Positions 32,412-41,591 of a stretch of DNA of 64,000 bases are shown here, in pieces. How positions within the stretch are numbered: the first letter of the stretch is position 1; each line of letters begins with the position of its first letter. A model generated the notes under the pieces. It was not told the DNA's origin. It was given only the letters and a program-made list of their open reading frames with translations, and did no database searches. Source of the stretch: Pirellulales bacterium (GTDB lineage: Bacteria > Planctomycetota > Planctomycetia > Pirellulales > PALSA-1355); NCBI GenBank assembly GCA_963733035.1, contig CAVTBU010000005.1, positions 1,088,001 through 1,152,000 of the forward strand, given 5' to 3'. Made by a program: the position numbers and the translations under genes.

Positions 32412-33629
32412 ATGTCCCTTCCAACCATGCGCACCGCCGCGTCGTTGCCGCTGTTGGGCCTGATTTCGGCTCTGGGCGTCGTCGTTTTTGCGGATGAGGT
32501 CGCGGCGCAGCAGCCTATCGCCCCATTTACGATTCAAAAGATCCTTCGCACCCCCGGCCCATTGAGTGCCGCGGATGCGAAGACGCTAGACACCTACCTG
32601 AAGAGGCAAGTGTTTGGGGCCTTGCTCAAGGGTGGAAACGGCCTACCCGGCATTCGCAAGGACTTCGGCAACATTGTGCGAGGTGTTGACAAGACGCCGG
32701 CACACGATTTCTTGACCGATAAAGCATGCAAATATGCCAGTTTCCTGGCGGGGCCAGGAGGCAAGAAATTCAAACCGGTGGCAAGATACAACGCCATGCT
32801 CTTGCTGGGCGATCTGAATGAAAACGACGCCGCCAATCAGATTAAACCGCTCCCAGACGCGCTCCCCCATTTGTATAAGGCGATCTTGCTGCCGCCGGAC
32901 AGCGACGACGTTTTTCTGAAACCTGCTGCTTTGATCGGCATCACGCGGTTTGCACGAGAGAACGGACTACCGCCGAGAGCGATTCCGGCAATCACCGAGG
33001 CGTTGCTTAAGATTGTCAACCAGGCCGACCCACCGGCCGGTCGCAGCGCGTCGGCCAACAATTTTATCCGCCGCGGTGCTGCTCGGGCATTGGCCGCCAT
33101 CGGCAGCCCGGGTCCGAAAAACGAAGTACTCAACGCATTTGCGGACATCGCCGCCGATGCTCATGCGCGAATTACGCTCCGCTGCGAAATGTCGCAATTC
33201 ATCGGCGAGTTGAAGATTCCGCCGAATTCGGGCGCGGATCTTAAGGGGCTGGCTAATACGATCGGCCACCAGACCGTCGAGATTTGCCAGCAGGAACTCG
33301 ACCGAGCGACCGCGGCCAAGGAACCGCCGTCGCGAAGGATTTTGATGTATGCCTTGGATAGCGGATACCTTGGGTTGTCTGGGCTCGCTCGTTCCGCGGA
33401 AACCAACGCCGAGGCCGCGAAATTCATCGGCGACGTGAAGAACAAGACTTACTCATTGTACAAGATGCTCGACAACACCGAGCAGACGCCGGACGAGCAG
33501 ATCGCTGAAAAAGTCGGTCCGGAAATCGACAGCATTGAAGGCTTGCTGCTCGCCAAACCGGCGGCAGCGGCGCCTATGGTGGCGGTCGGACCGACCGATG
33601 CGGCAACGCAACCGGTAAAAACGAACTAG
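32412..33629 (+). CDS. Exported alpha-helical hypothetical protein
   Basis: GGAGAGG RBS, signal peptide, HEAT-like helices; upstream TTGACA-18 bp-TACTCT at 32289. Confidence 0.7.
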   Translation: MSLPTMRTAASLPLLGLISALGVVVFADEVAAQQPIAPFTIQKILRTPGPLSAADAKTLDTYLKRQVFGALLKGGNGLPGIRKDFGNIVRGVDKTPAHDFLTDKACKYASFLAGPGGKKFKPVARYNAMLLLGDLNENDAANQIKPLPDALPHLYKAILLPPDSDDVFLKPAALIGITRFARENGLPPRAIPAITEALLKIVNQADPPAGRSASANNFIRRGAARALAAIGSPGPKNEVLNAFADIAADAHARITLRCEMSQFIGELKIPPNSGADLKGLANTIGHQTVEICQQELDRATAAKEPPSRRILMYALDSGYLGLSGLARSAETNAEAAKFIGDVKNKTYSLYKMLDNTEQTPDEQIAEKVGPEIDSIEGLLLAKPAAAAPMVAVGPTDAATQPVKTN

Positions 33630-33719
33630 GTTCGCGACGTCCCAAGGATGGGTGCGTCGGACACGAAGTCACATCTCCCCAACAATACACTTCTCCACTT
33701 TGGCAAAAGGATTTGCCCT

Positions 33720-34829
33720 ATGGACACGTCCCAAGGCTGGGTCAGTCGTGCGTCCACGTTTTCCGCAGGCCTCCACGTTGCGCTCCTCATTGCGCTGGTA
33801 AGCGGATGCCGCAATCACCCGATCAATCCGTTCTTGGCGCACGAAAACCCGACGTTCAAGGAAGACTTTGAAAATCCCAACTCCGAGCTTGAGGACCCGC
33901 TGGCCGACTCGTTGACTCGCCTCAAACAGCGCGGCGAAGAATTCCGAGACGCCGCAGCCACGGCGACCGACGCGGCGCAGGGACTGCATGACGATGCCCA
34001 GGCGGTTGCCCACGATGCGCTCTCCGAAACCCGACAGGCCCTAGCCACTTCGCTACAGACGGCCGAGCACGAGGGTCGACAACTCGCCAACGATACGGTG
34101 GCGGCAGCCAATGCCACCGTGCGCGAGGCGAGTACCAACGCCCAACGACGCGCCGTCGAATCGCTCGAGGAGCTGCCATTGGAACAGGCCGGGCCGATCC
34201 TGCTGATCACGATGGCGCAGGGCCCCCCCGCCGCGCAACAAGCCGCCGCCGAACAGCTCGCCCGCCGCTGGCCGCCGGCCGCCGGCTATTCGGGTGAAGG
34301 TGCGGCCGAGCGTCGTGCCGAGGCCGCCGCCGCACTACGTGCCCGATGGATCGAACAATACGGCCAGATCGACGAAGCCGTGGCCGTTGCCCGGGCCGAG
34401 GCGGCGCGCACGATTGACGATGCGGGACAACTGCTCGGCGACGCGACGGGAGTCGTGCAAGCGGCCAATCAACAGATGAGCGACGTGCAAGGAACTGTCA
34501 ACGCCTATCACGAAGCGAACCCGCCGGACGCCACGAGTCAGTAACTGGCGCAATCGCTGGATCAGCTAGCGATGGATGCCGACACGCCAGTTCGCGTACA
34601 GGCGGCGCAGGCCATGGGTCAGCTGGCGGATCCTGTGTTTCTACCCGCGCGGATGACGGTGCCGAATGATAAACCGGATGCTCAGGCGGCAACGCTGGCG
34701 AGCCTGACTCGCGTCGCCGGACGTGACATCACGATCCGGGCCGACGGCAAGCCGACTAGCAACCAGGAAAAGGCTCGCGTCTGGGAACTCTGGTATCGCG
34801 ACCAACAAGACGCAACCGCTCGTCGGTAA
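33720..34829 (+). pseudogene. HEAT-repeat lipoprotein interrupted by in-frame TAA at 34542-34544
   Basis: LIALVSGC lipobox; ORF 34572..34829 (VRVQAAQAMGQLADPVFLP) is in the same frame beyond the stop. Confidence 0.5.
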
Positions 34830-34849
34830 CGCAACACTTTCCCGCGAGT

Positions 34850-35389
34850 TCAACCGGCATCCACGGCCAGCTCGCTGGACGGTGCAGCGCGGAACTGCGT
34901 CGCGACGGCGTACAGTCCAAAGAAGCCGGCGGCGAACAACAGATCGCTGGTCATCGAGTTGGCGAGGAAGGGCACTGCCACGGCATAGCACTGCGTGAAG
35001 CCCGCGGCCGTATGAGGATACCAGGCATACCATACGGCAAAGTTGCTCAGTGCGAACGCGGCCAACGATGAGGAAATGGCGCCGCCGCCCACCGTCAACG
35101 GCGTCAAGCCGCGGCGAAGCACGCTGCGCCAGGCGATTGGCAGGCAGTAGGAGGCGTACACGGCAATCATGATCGCCGTGCTGTAGCCCCCCAGAAACAG
35201 ATCGCTGATCGACATCGACAACAGCGGAACCGCCAGCGCGGTCGCTCGGCTGCGGAAGAAGAATCCGGCGAACAAGGCCGACGCGGTCACGGCATTGAAG
35301 TTCGGCGTTTCGCTCATTAGCCGCACCGCTACGGAAACACCCACCAACGCCACGAACACCAGGCCGCGTGTCATATCGTCCCGCTTCAC
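34850..35389 (-). CDS. DUF6580-like membrane protein (ECF S-component-like)
   Basis: GAGGAG + GTG; RL..PNFNAVTASALFAG, SDLFLG, SNFAVW, CYAVAVPF; about 5-6 TM segments. Confidence 0.7.
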   Translation of the reverse strand: MKRDDMTRGLVFVALVGVSVAVRLMSETPNFNAVTASALFAGFFFRSRATALAVPLLSMSISDLFLGGYSTAIMIAVYASYCLPIAWRSVLRRGLTPLTVGGGAISSSLAAFALSNFAVWYAWYPHTAAGFTQCYAVAVPFLANSMTSDLLFAAGFFGLYAVATQFRAAPSSELAVDAG

Positions 35390-35476
35390 GTCACCGCTCC
35401 TCAATCCAGAGTTAATCGTCGATCGCTGATGCGTCCCGGAGAAATCCGCGCGGAGTTGCCACGCTGCCCGGCAGCG

Positions 35477-35890
35477 CTATTGATTGTAGTCGTATTCTTT
35501 GAACTCCCACAAGATGGTGTCGCCCGCCTTCAGTTCGTAGCTCCCCGCACCGACGTCCGCCGGCTTGCCGTTGACCGAGTAGAGCCAATTCCTGCCGCTT
35601 CCCTCATTTTTAAGGCCGCCAATCTCGGTGATCAGCGCCGAGCGTCCCCGACCGCGTTGCCTCACCTTTGGCCCGCGGGGATGTTTTTCGGCCGCTGCCA
35701 GCGCGTCGACCACGTTCATTCCGTCGTTCCAGGGAAGTGCCGTGTAGTGAACCTGCACGCCGTCGCCGTAGTCGACGACCAGCCGGACCGTTGGGCGAGC
35801 GTCGGCTGCGGTCAGAACCGCTGGCATGAAGGCCAGCCAGACGACGGCCACCGCCAGCCACGGAAATCGATGCCTGAGTTCTGCGCTCAT
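35477..35890 (-). CDS. Secreted DUF4430 (transcobalamin C-terminal-like) protein
   Basis: Signal peptide; ITEIGGLKN..WLYSVNG..VGAGSYELKAGDTILWEF. Confidence 0.8.
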   Translation of the reverse strand: MSAELRHRFPWLAVAVVWLAFMPAVLTAADARPTVRLVVDYGDGVQVHYTALPWNDGMNVVDALAAAEKHPRGPKVRQRGRGRSALITEIGGLKNEGSGRNWLYSVNGKPADVGAGSYELKAGDTILWEFKEYDYNQ

Positions 35891-36147
35891 TCGCCCTATC
35901 TCCCGCACTTCATTGAAGAAAGCGTCGCCAGAGGTTGACCTGTAGGATAGCGCCGGAGGGTGAATTGTCAAACCGCCTGCGGCCCGCGGCCCGTCGCGGC
36001 CGTCCCCGCGGTCGGGCCCTTGATGCTGATCGGCCCGAGCGGTATGACTATCGGTTTGCGGATTTGCACGTCCTGCACGCCCGCCCACGTCGCGGGTCCC
36101 CTCGTGAGGCGTTTCCCGGTTGATGCCAGGCGAAAGGTAATCGAATT

Positions 36148-38292
36148 ATGGCCGACGCAGGTTACATGAAGCTCAGCACCGAAGACAAAGACATTGCGGT
36201 GCTTACCCTCGACGATCCGCGCGGCAGCGCCAACGTGTTGTCGCGAGCCGTGCTCGAGGAACTGGAAAAAAACCTGAACGAGCTCGAAAAGCGGAAGGAC
36301 GTGGCGGGACTTGTCATCCGCTCAGGCAAGCCGGGCGTGTTCATCGTGGGTGCGGATATCCGCGAATTCGTAGCCAATATTGACGCGCCGAAAGATCAAA
36401 TCGTCGAGATGTGCAACCACGGCCGCCGGCTCTTCCAACGGCTGTCGAAGCTCCCCTTCCCGACGGTTACCGCGATTGTCGGCCAATGCGTCGGTGGCGG
36501 AGCCGAGATGGCACTCTGGTGCGATCGCCGCGTGATGTCCAGCGACTCGAAAGCGATGTACGGCTTTCCGGAAGTGAAGCTCGGTTTGCTGCCCGGCTGG
36601 GGTGGCACGGTCCGGGCACCGAGAGTACTGGGCCTGTCAAACGCCGTGGAACTGGTCACCGGTGGCGAATCGATTGGCGCCGACGCCGCCCAAGTGATGG
36701 GGCTGATCTGCGATTTGGTTCCCAGTGAACACCTGCTGCAAGCGGCGATCAACGTGATTCGCGCTGAACAAAAGTCCGGCCAGTGGAAGAAAGATCGCGA
36801 GCTGTGGAATGGCCCGATCGACATGAGCGATACCGAACTTGGTTTCCTGGGCGCCACGGCCTCGGCCATGATTCAGGGAGCAACCGGCGGCCGGTATCCG
36901 GCCCCACAAGTCGCACTCGAACTGATGCTCGAATCGGCCGGCCTGGACGCCGACGCCGCGGGCCTGGCCGAAGCGAAGGGCATGGCCAGCCTGTTCGGCA
37001 GCCCAATCAACCGCGCGCTGCTCAACGTGTTCTTTCTGACCGATCGGAATAAGAAAGACACCGGAATTGATCGCAAGGACGTCAAGCCCGAACCCATCAG
37101 TTCGGTGGCCGTGATCGGGGCGGGCATCATGGGGCAGGGTATCGCCGCGGCTACCCTTAAGCGGCATCTGCCGGTGATGCTGGCCGACGCCGTGCCGGCA
37201 GCATTGAGCAAGGGCGTGGCGCAGATCTTGGAAGAAGTCTCCTACGACAAAACCAAGAAGGCCCCCGACGCCAAGAAGGCGGTCAAGTTTGCCGGCTTGC
37301 TGAATGCCGCCACGGTCGACGCCGAATTGGCGCCGGCCGACCTGGTGATCGAAGCCATCGTCGAAAACCCCGAAGTCAAGAAGCAGTTCTATGCCCGCGT
37401 GGAACCGCTATTGAAGGACGACGCGATCCTGGCATCGAACACGTCGACAATTCCGATCACCAAGCTCGCCGATGGACTGAAGCGGCCCGAACGGTTCTGT
37501 GGGATTCACTTCTTCAATCCAGTGCGAAAGATGCCGCTGGTGGAAGTGATCCGCGGCGAAAAGACCAGCGACGAAACCGTGGCGACGGCCGTGGCGTATG
37601 CCAAGAACATTGGCAAGTCGCCGATCGTGGTGAACGACGGTCCCGGCTTTTTGGTCAATCGACTGTTGTTGCCGTACATGAACGAAGCGCTCGAATTGAT
37701 TTCCGACGGCGCCGAGGTGAAAGCCATCGAGCGGGCGGCCAAGGAGTTCGGCATGCCGATGGGCCCGATTACGCTCTACGACGTCGTCGGTCTGGACACC
37801 GCGTTCTACGCGGGGCGCGTGATGTACGAAGCGTTCCCCGACCGAACGGTCGCCTCGCCGATTCTTGCCGCGATGGTCAAGTTGGGACGATTCGGCCAGA
37901 AGTCTGGCTCTGGTTTCTTTGCCTATAAGGACGCGCGGGGCCGAGGAACACCCGACCCCGAAGCGGAAAAGATCGTCAAGCAGTACGTCCGCAAGGAACA
38001 GAAGTTTACCGGCGAGCAGATCACGCATCGGCTGTTCCTGCCGATGGTGCTGGAAGCCACGCGAATTCTCGAAGCCAAGGTCGTGCGAAACGTCCGCGAC
38101 GTCGATCTGGGGCTGATCTTCGGCGTTGGCTTCCCGCCGTTCAAGGGTGGTCTGCTGTTCTGGGCCGATACCCTCGGCGCGGCCAAGATTGTTGAACTGC
38201 TTAAGCCGCTCGAGAGCCTCGGACCGCGGGCACAGCCCACGCCGATGCTGCTGGAAATGGCCAAGAACGGAAAGAAATTCTACGACATGTAG
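36148..38292 (+). CDS. fadB: Fatty-acid oxidation complex alpha subunit (enoyl-CoA hydratase/3-hydroxyacyl-CoA dehydrogenase)
   Basis: FIVGADI, GGGAE, PEVKLGLLPGWGGT, GAGIMGQGIA, SNTSTIPI, HFFNPV. Confidence 0.92.
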   Translation: MADAGYMKLSTEDKDIAVLTLDDPRGSANVLSRAVLEELEKNLNELEKRKDVAGLVIRSGKPGVFIVGADIREFVANIDAPKDQIVEMCNHGRRLFQRLSKLPFPTVTAIVGQCVGGGAEMALWCDRRVMSSDSKAMYGFPEVKLGLLPGWGGTVRAPRVLGLSNAVELVTGGESIGADAAQVMGLICDLVPSEHLLQAAINVIRAEQKSGQWKKDRELWNGPIDMSDTELGFLGATASAMIQGATGGRYPAPQVALELMLESAGLDADAAGLAEAKGMASLFGSPINRALLNVFFLTDRNKKDTGIDRKDVKPEPISSVAVIGAGIMGQGIAAATLKRHLPVMLADAVPAALSKGVAQILEEVSYDKTKKAPDAKKAVKFAGLLNAATVDAELAPADLVIEAIVENPEVKKQFYARVEPLLKDDAILASNTSTIPITKLADGLKRPERFCGIHFFNPVRKMPLVEVIRGEKTSDETVATAVAYAKNIGKSPIVVNDGPGFLVNRLLLPYMNEALELISDGAEVKAIERAAKEFGMPMGPITLYDVVGLDTAFYAGRVMYEAFPDRTVASPILAAMVKLGRFGQKSGSGFFAYKDARGRGTPDPEAEKIVKQYVRKEQKFTGEQITHRLFLPMVLEATRILEAKVVRNVRDVDLGLIFGVGFPPFKGGLLFWADTLGAAKIVELLKPLESLGPRAQPTPMLLEMAKNGKKFYDM

Positions 38293-38400
38293 CGAAAACG
38301 CGGGGCGGTTCGCCCCGGACTTGTAGACCCGGATAGAATGCATCATGCCAGGACCTGCCGGTCCTGCCCCTTCTCAAGAATATCGCGAGGTAGCCTGCCG

Positions 38401-39558
38401 ATGAAACGCGCCGTGATTGTCGATTGCGTACGAACGCCGATTGGCCGGGCCCACAAGGAAAAGGGCATTTACCGCGACGTCCGATCCGACGATCTGGCGG
38501 TGCAGGTGGTGCAGGCGATCGTCGAACGAACCGGCATCAACATCGACGAGATCGAAGATGTCGTGATGGGCAACACGCAGCAGCAAGGCGAACAGGGCAT
38601 GAACGCGGCCCGCGTCGTCAGCCTGATGGCCGGACTTGCCACGCACACCGGCGGCACCACGGTCAACCGGCTTTGCGGTTCGGCCCTGCAGGCGATCAAC
38701 CAGGCGTCTCATGCCATCATGGCCGGCTTCGAAGACGTGCAAATCGTCGGCGGGCTCGAACATATGGGGCACATTGCCATGGACGCCGGCGTCAATTTGA
38801 ACCCCAAAATGTTCCATCACACGTCGAAGGGTGCGTTGGCGATGGGCGTTACGGCCGAGTTCCTGGCCCAGACGCAGGGCATCTCGCGCGAGGAGCAGGA
38901 CCAGTTCGCCCTGCGGAGCCATCAATTGGCCGCGGCGGCCCATGCCAACGGAGAGTTCAAACGAGAAATCGTGCCGGTCTACGGCCGCGATGAGGCCGGC
39001 AACCGGATTCTCGCGGAGGTCGATCAGTGCGTGCGTCCGGATGCGAGCCTGGAAAGTCTCGCTGCTCTTAAGCCGGCGTTCATGCCCGGAATGGGCACCG
39101 TCACGGCCGGTAACAGCTCGCCGCTCAACGATGGTGCCGCGGCCCTGCTGGTGATGTCGGAGGACAAGGCGAAGTCGCTGGGGCTCAAACCGCTGGTACG
39201 CGTCGTCGCCACGGCCGTGGTGGGCGTCGATCCGGCCGTGATGGGCACCGGCCCGGTGCCGGCCACCAAGAAGGCCCTCAAGCGGGCCGGCATGCAGCTT
39301 TCGGACCTGGACGTCATTGAACTCAACGAGGCCTTTGCATCGCAGGCCATTGCCTGCATGCGGATGCTGAAGCTGGACGAGTCGAAGGTCAACGTGCGGG
39401 GCGGTTCCGTAGCCATTGGCCATCCGCTGGGTGCCAGCGGTGCCCGCATTACGACGACGCTCGTCAACAATATGGTCGATCGAGGCGCCAACGTCGGCCT
39501 GGCAACCATGTGCATCGGCGTCGGACAAGGCATCGCCACGATTTTCGAACGCGTTTAG
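38401..39558 (+). CDS. fadA: 3-ketoacyl-CoA thiolase
   Basis: NRLCGS, TAGNSSPLNDGA, ELNEAFA, GHPLGASG, MCIGVGQG. Confidence 0.93.
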   Translation: MKRAVIVDCVRTPIGRAHKEKGIYRDVRSDDLAVQVVQAIVERTGINIDEIEDVVMGNTQQQGEQGMNAARVVSLMAGLATHTGGTTVNRLCGSALQAINQASHAIMAGFEDVQIVGGLEHMGHIAMDAGVNLNPKMFHHTSKGALAMGVTAEFLAQTQGISREEQDQFALRSHQLAAAAHANGEFKREIVPVYGRDEAGNRILAEVDQCVRPDASLESLAALKPAFMPGMGTVTAGNSSPLNDGAAALLVMSEDKAKSLGLKPLVRVVATAVVGVDPAVMGTGPVPATKKALKRAGMQLSDLDVIELNEAFASQAIACMRMLKLDESKVNVRGGSVAIGHPLGASGARITTTLVNNMVDRGANVGLATMCIGVGQGIATIFERV

Positions 39559-39800
39559 TTCGCGGCCAAACCGCGCGAAACGCAGTGCGGTGGGGAATTC
39601 GACGAGTCGTGTTGCTTTTCCGCAAGGTCGGGCCAGTGTGGCGGCAAGCAGCCCGGCGAGGTGAGCGGGAAAAATCGAACCGCACACCTGGCCGCGCGCT
39701 ACCAATCGTATTTTTCCCGTGATATCTTGAGGGGCGGCGGGTCTCCCCATCCAACCGCCTCGGTCCGGGCAAGCTTTTTTTCTTCAGGCTAGGAATCGCC

Positions 39801-41471
39801 ATGCACGACGAGACGCACGATACCATTCCCGCCATGTTCAGCCGCCGCGTGGCAGCCGACGGAGACCGGCCCGCGCTCTGCTTCCGCAAGGACGGAGAAT
39901 TCACCGCGCTCACTTGGAACGAAGTCGCCACCGAATCGCGTAAGCTGGCCGCGGCGCTGGCGAAGCTGGGGGTGAAGCCCGGCGACCGCGTCGTGCAGGC
40001 GTCGGAGAACCGCTACGAGTGGATTCTGCTCGACCTGGCCATCCACATGGCGCACGGCATCCACGTGGCCGTGCACGCCACACTCACCGGCCCGCAAATT
40101 GCCTGGCAAATCGAAAACTGCGGCGCGAAGCTGGTCGTCGTCTCGGGTCCCGAGCAGGCGCAAAAGCTCGCTGCCGCGGCAAGTCAGATTCCCAAGGACG
40201 TGAAGTTCGTGTCGTTCGATAAGTGCGACGGCGAAATTCACGGCCAACCCATTCAGCAGCTCGCTGAAATCACCGCGCAGTGCACCGAAGAGGAGGGCAA
40301 GCAGCTCGAGCGGCAGGCGGTTGAGCAAACGACGCCCGACGATTTGGTTACGATCCTGTACACGTCGGGCACCACCGGCGAGCCCAAGGGAGTGATGCTT
40401 TCGCATCGTAATTTGACCTCGAATTGCCACGCGGTGATGTTGGCCTTCACGGCGGAGCCCGATGACGTACGCTTGAGCTGGCTGCCTTTGTCGCACATTT
40501 TTGCCCGGACTAGTGATTACTATTTGTGGATATGTTCGGGCGGCGAACTGGCGCTGTGTGCAAGCCGTGAGGAGATCATTCCCGACTGCCAGGCGATCAA
40601 GCCGCATTATCTCAATGGCGTGCCTTATTTCTTTGACAAGGTGATGCGCACGCTGCAAGAAAAAGGGGCCGCCGATGTGCCGGGGGCGCTGCAGGGCGTT
40701 TTCGGCGGGCGCATCAAAATGTGCTGCGCCGGTGGCGCGGCCCTGCCCGACCACGTGAATGCGTTCTATCTCGAGCGCGGATTCACGCTCGTCCAAGGCT
40801 ACGGGCTGACCGAGAGTTCGCCTGTGATCAGCACCGGCACGATGCAGGAGCATCGCATCGGCACCGTGGGCAAGCCGATCCACGGTGTCGAAGTCAAGAT
40901 TGCCGACGACGGAGAGATTCTCACGCGTGGTCCGCACGTCATGGTCGGATACTGGAACATGCCGGAGGATACCGCCGCCACGATTCAGGACGGTTGGTTG
41001 CACACGGGCGACCTTGGTGAAATCGAGGATGGCTTCCTGAAGATCACCGGCCGTAAGAAGGAACTGATCGTGACGGCCGGCGGCAAGAACATTGCGCCCA
41101 ACTACATAGAGGCATTGCTGACCGAGGATCCACTGATCATTCAAGCGGCCGTGTTCGGTGACGGTGAAAAGTACCTGGCGGCCCTGATCGTCCCCGATCC
41201 GGATGCCCTGCGAGCCGAAATCATGAAGCGGCAGATCCCAGTTTTCAGCCCGGCCGAGGCGCTGGCGCACCCCGACGTGAATGCCATCTACGCCGAGCGG
41301 ATCAAAGCGCGGTTGGCGGACGTCTCGCACTCCGAGCAGGTGCAGAAGTTCACGTTGCTGTCGCGGGGTTTTACGCCGGAAACGGGGGAATTGACATTCA
41401 AGCTCAGTCTGAAACGGGAGGTCGTGAAGGAAAACTTTGCCAAGGAAATTGCCGCAATGTACTCCAAGTAA
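39801..41471 (+). CDS. Long-chain fatty acid-CoA ligase
   Basis: YTSGTTGEPKG, QGYGLTE, WLHTGDLG, TGRKKELIVTAGGKN. Confidence 0.92.
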   Translation: MHDETHDTIPAMFSRRVAADGDRPALCFRKDGEFTALTWNEVATESRKLAAALAKLGVKPGDRVVQASENRYEWILLDLAIHMAHGIHVAVHATLTGPQIAWQIENCGAKLVVVSGPEQAQKLAAAASQIPKDVKFVSFDKCDGEIHGQPIQQLAEITAQCTEEEGKQLERQAVEQTTPDDLVTILYTSGTTGEPKGVMLSHRNLTSNCHAVMLAFTAEPDDVRLSWLPLSHIFARTSDYYLWICSGGELALCASREEIIPDCQAIKPHYLNGVPYFFDKVMRTLQEKGAADVPGALQGVFGGRIKMCCAGGAALPDHVNAFYLERGFTLVQGYGLTESSPVISTGTMQEHRIGTVGKPIHGVEVKIADDGEILTRGPHVMVGYWNMPEDTAATIQDGWLHTGDLGEIEDGFLKITGRKKELIVTAGGKNIAPNYIEALLTEDPLIIQAAVFGDGEKYLAALIVPDPDALRAEIMKRQIPVFSPAEALAHPDVNAIYAERIKARLADVSHSEQVQKFTLLSRGFTPETGELTFKLSLKREVVKENFAKEIAAMYSK

Positions 41472-41521
41472 AGGAGTTGCGCGGCCACTTCCGTGTTTCA
41501 CATTTTATGTTAGAATAATAT

Positions 41522-41539
41522 CTACCGACCGGTTGGAAG
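41522..41539. promoter_or_regulatory. Imperfect palindrome, candidate TetR-family operator
   Basis: CTACCGACCGGTTGGAAG (14/18 symmetric) just after an AT-rich promoter-like tract. Confidence 0.45.
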
Positions 41540-41591
41540 GTAGTTCAAAACCGAGGGTCGATCCCGTCACTTTTCCTTTTGCGAGAGAGTC

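Noticed and set aside
35891..36147. Cobalamin riboswitch upstream of DUF4430
   Set aside because: No B12-box or other conserved motifs; a promoter-like element lies only about 55 nt from the start codon
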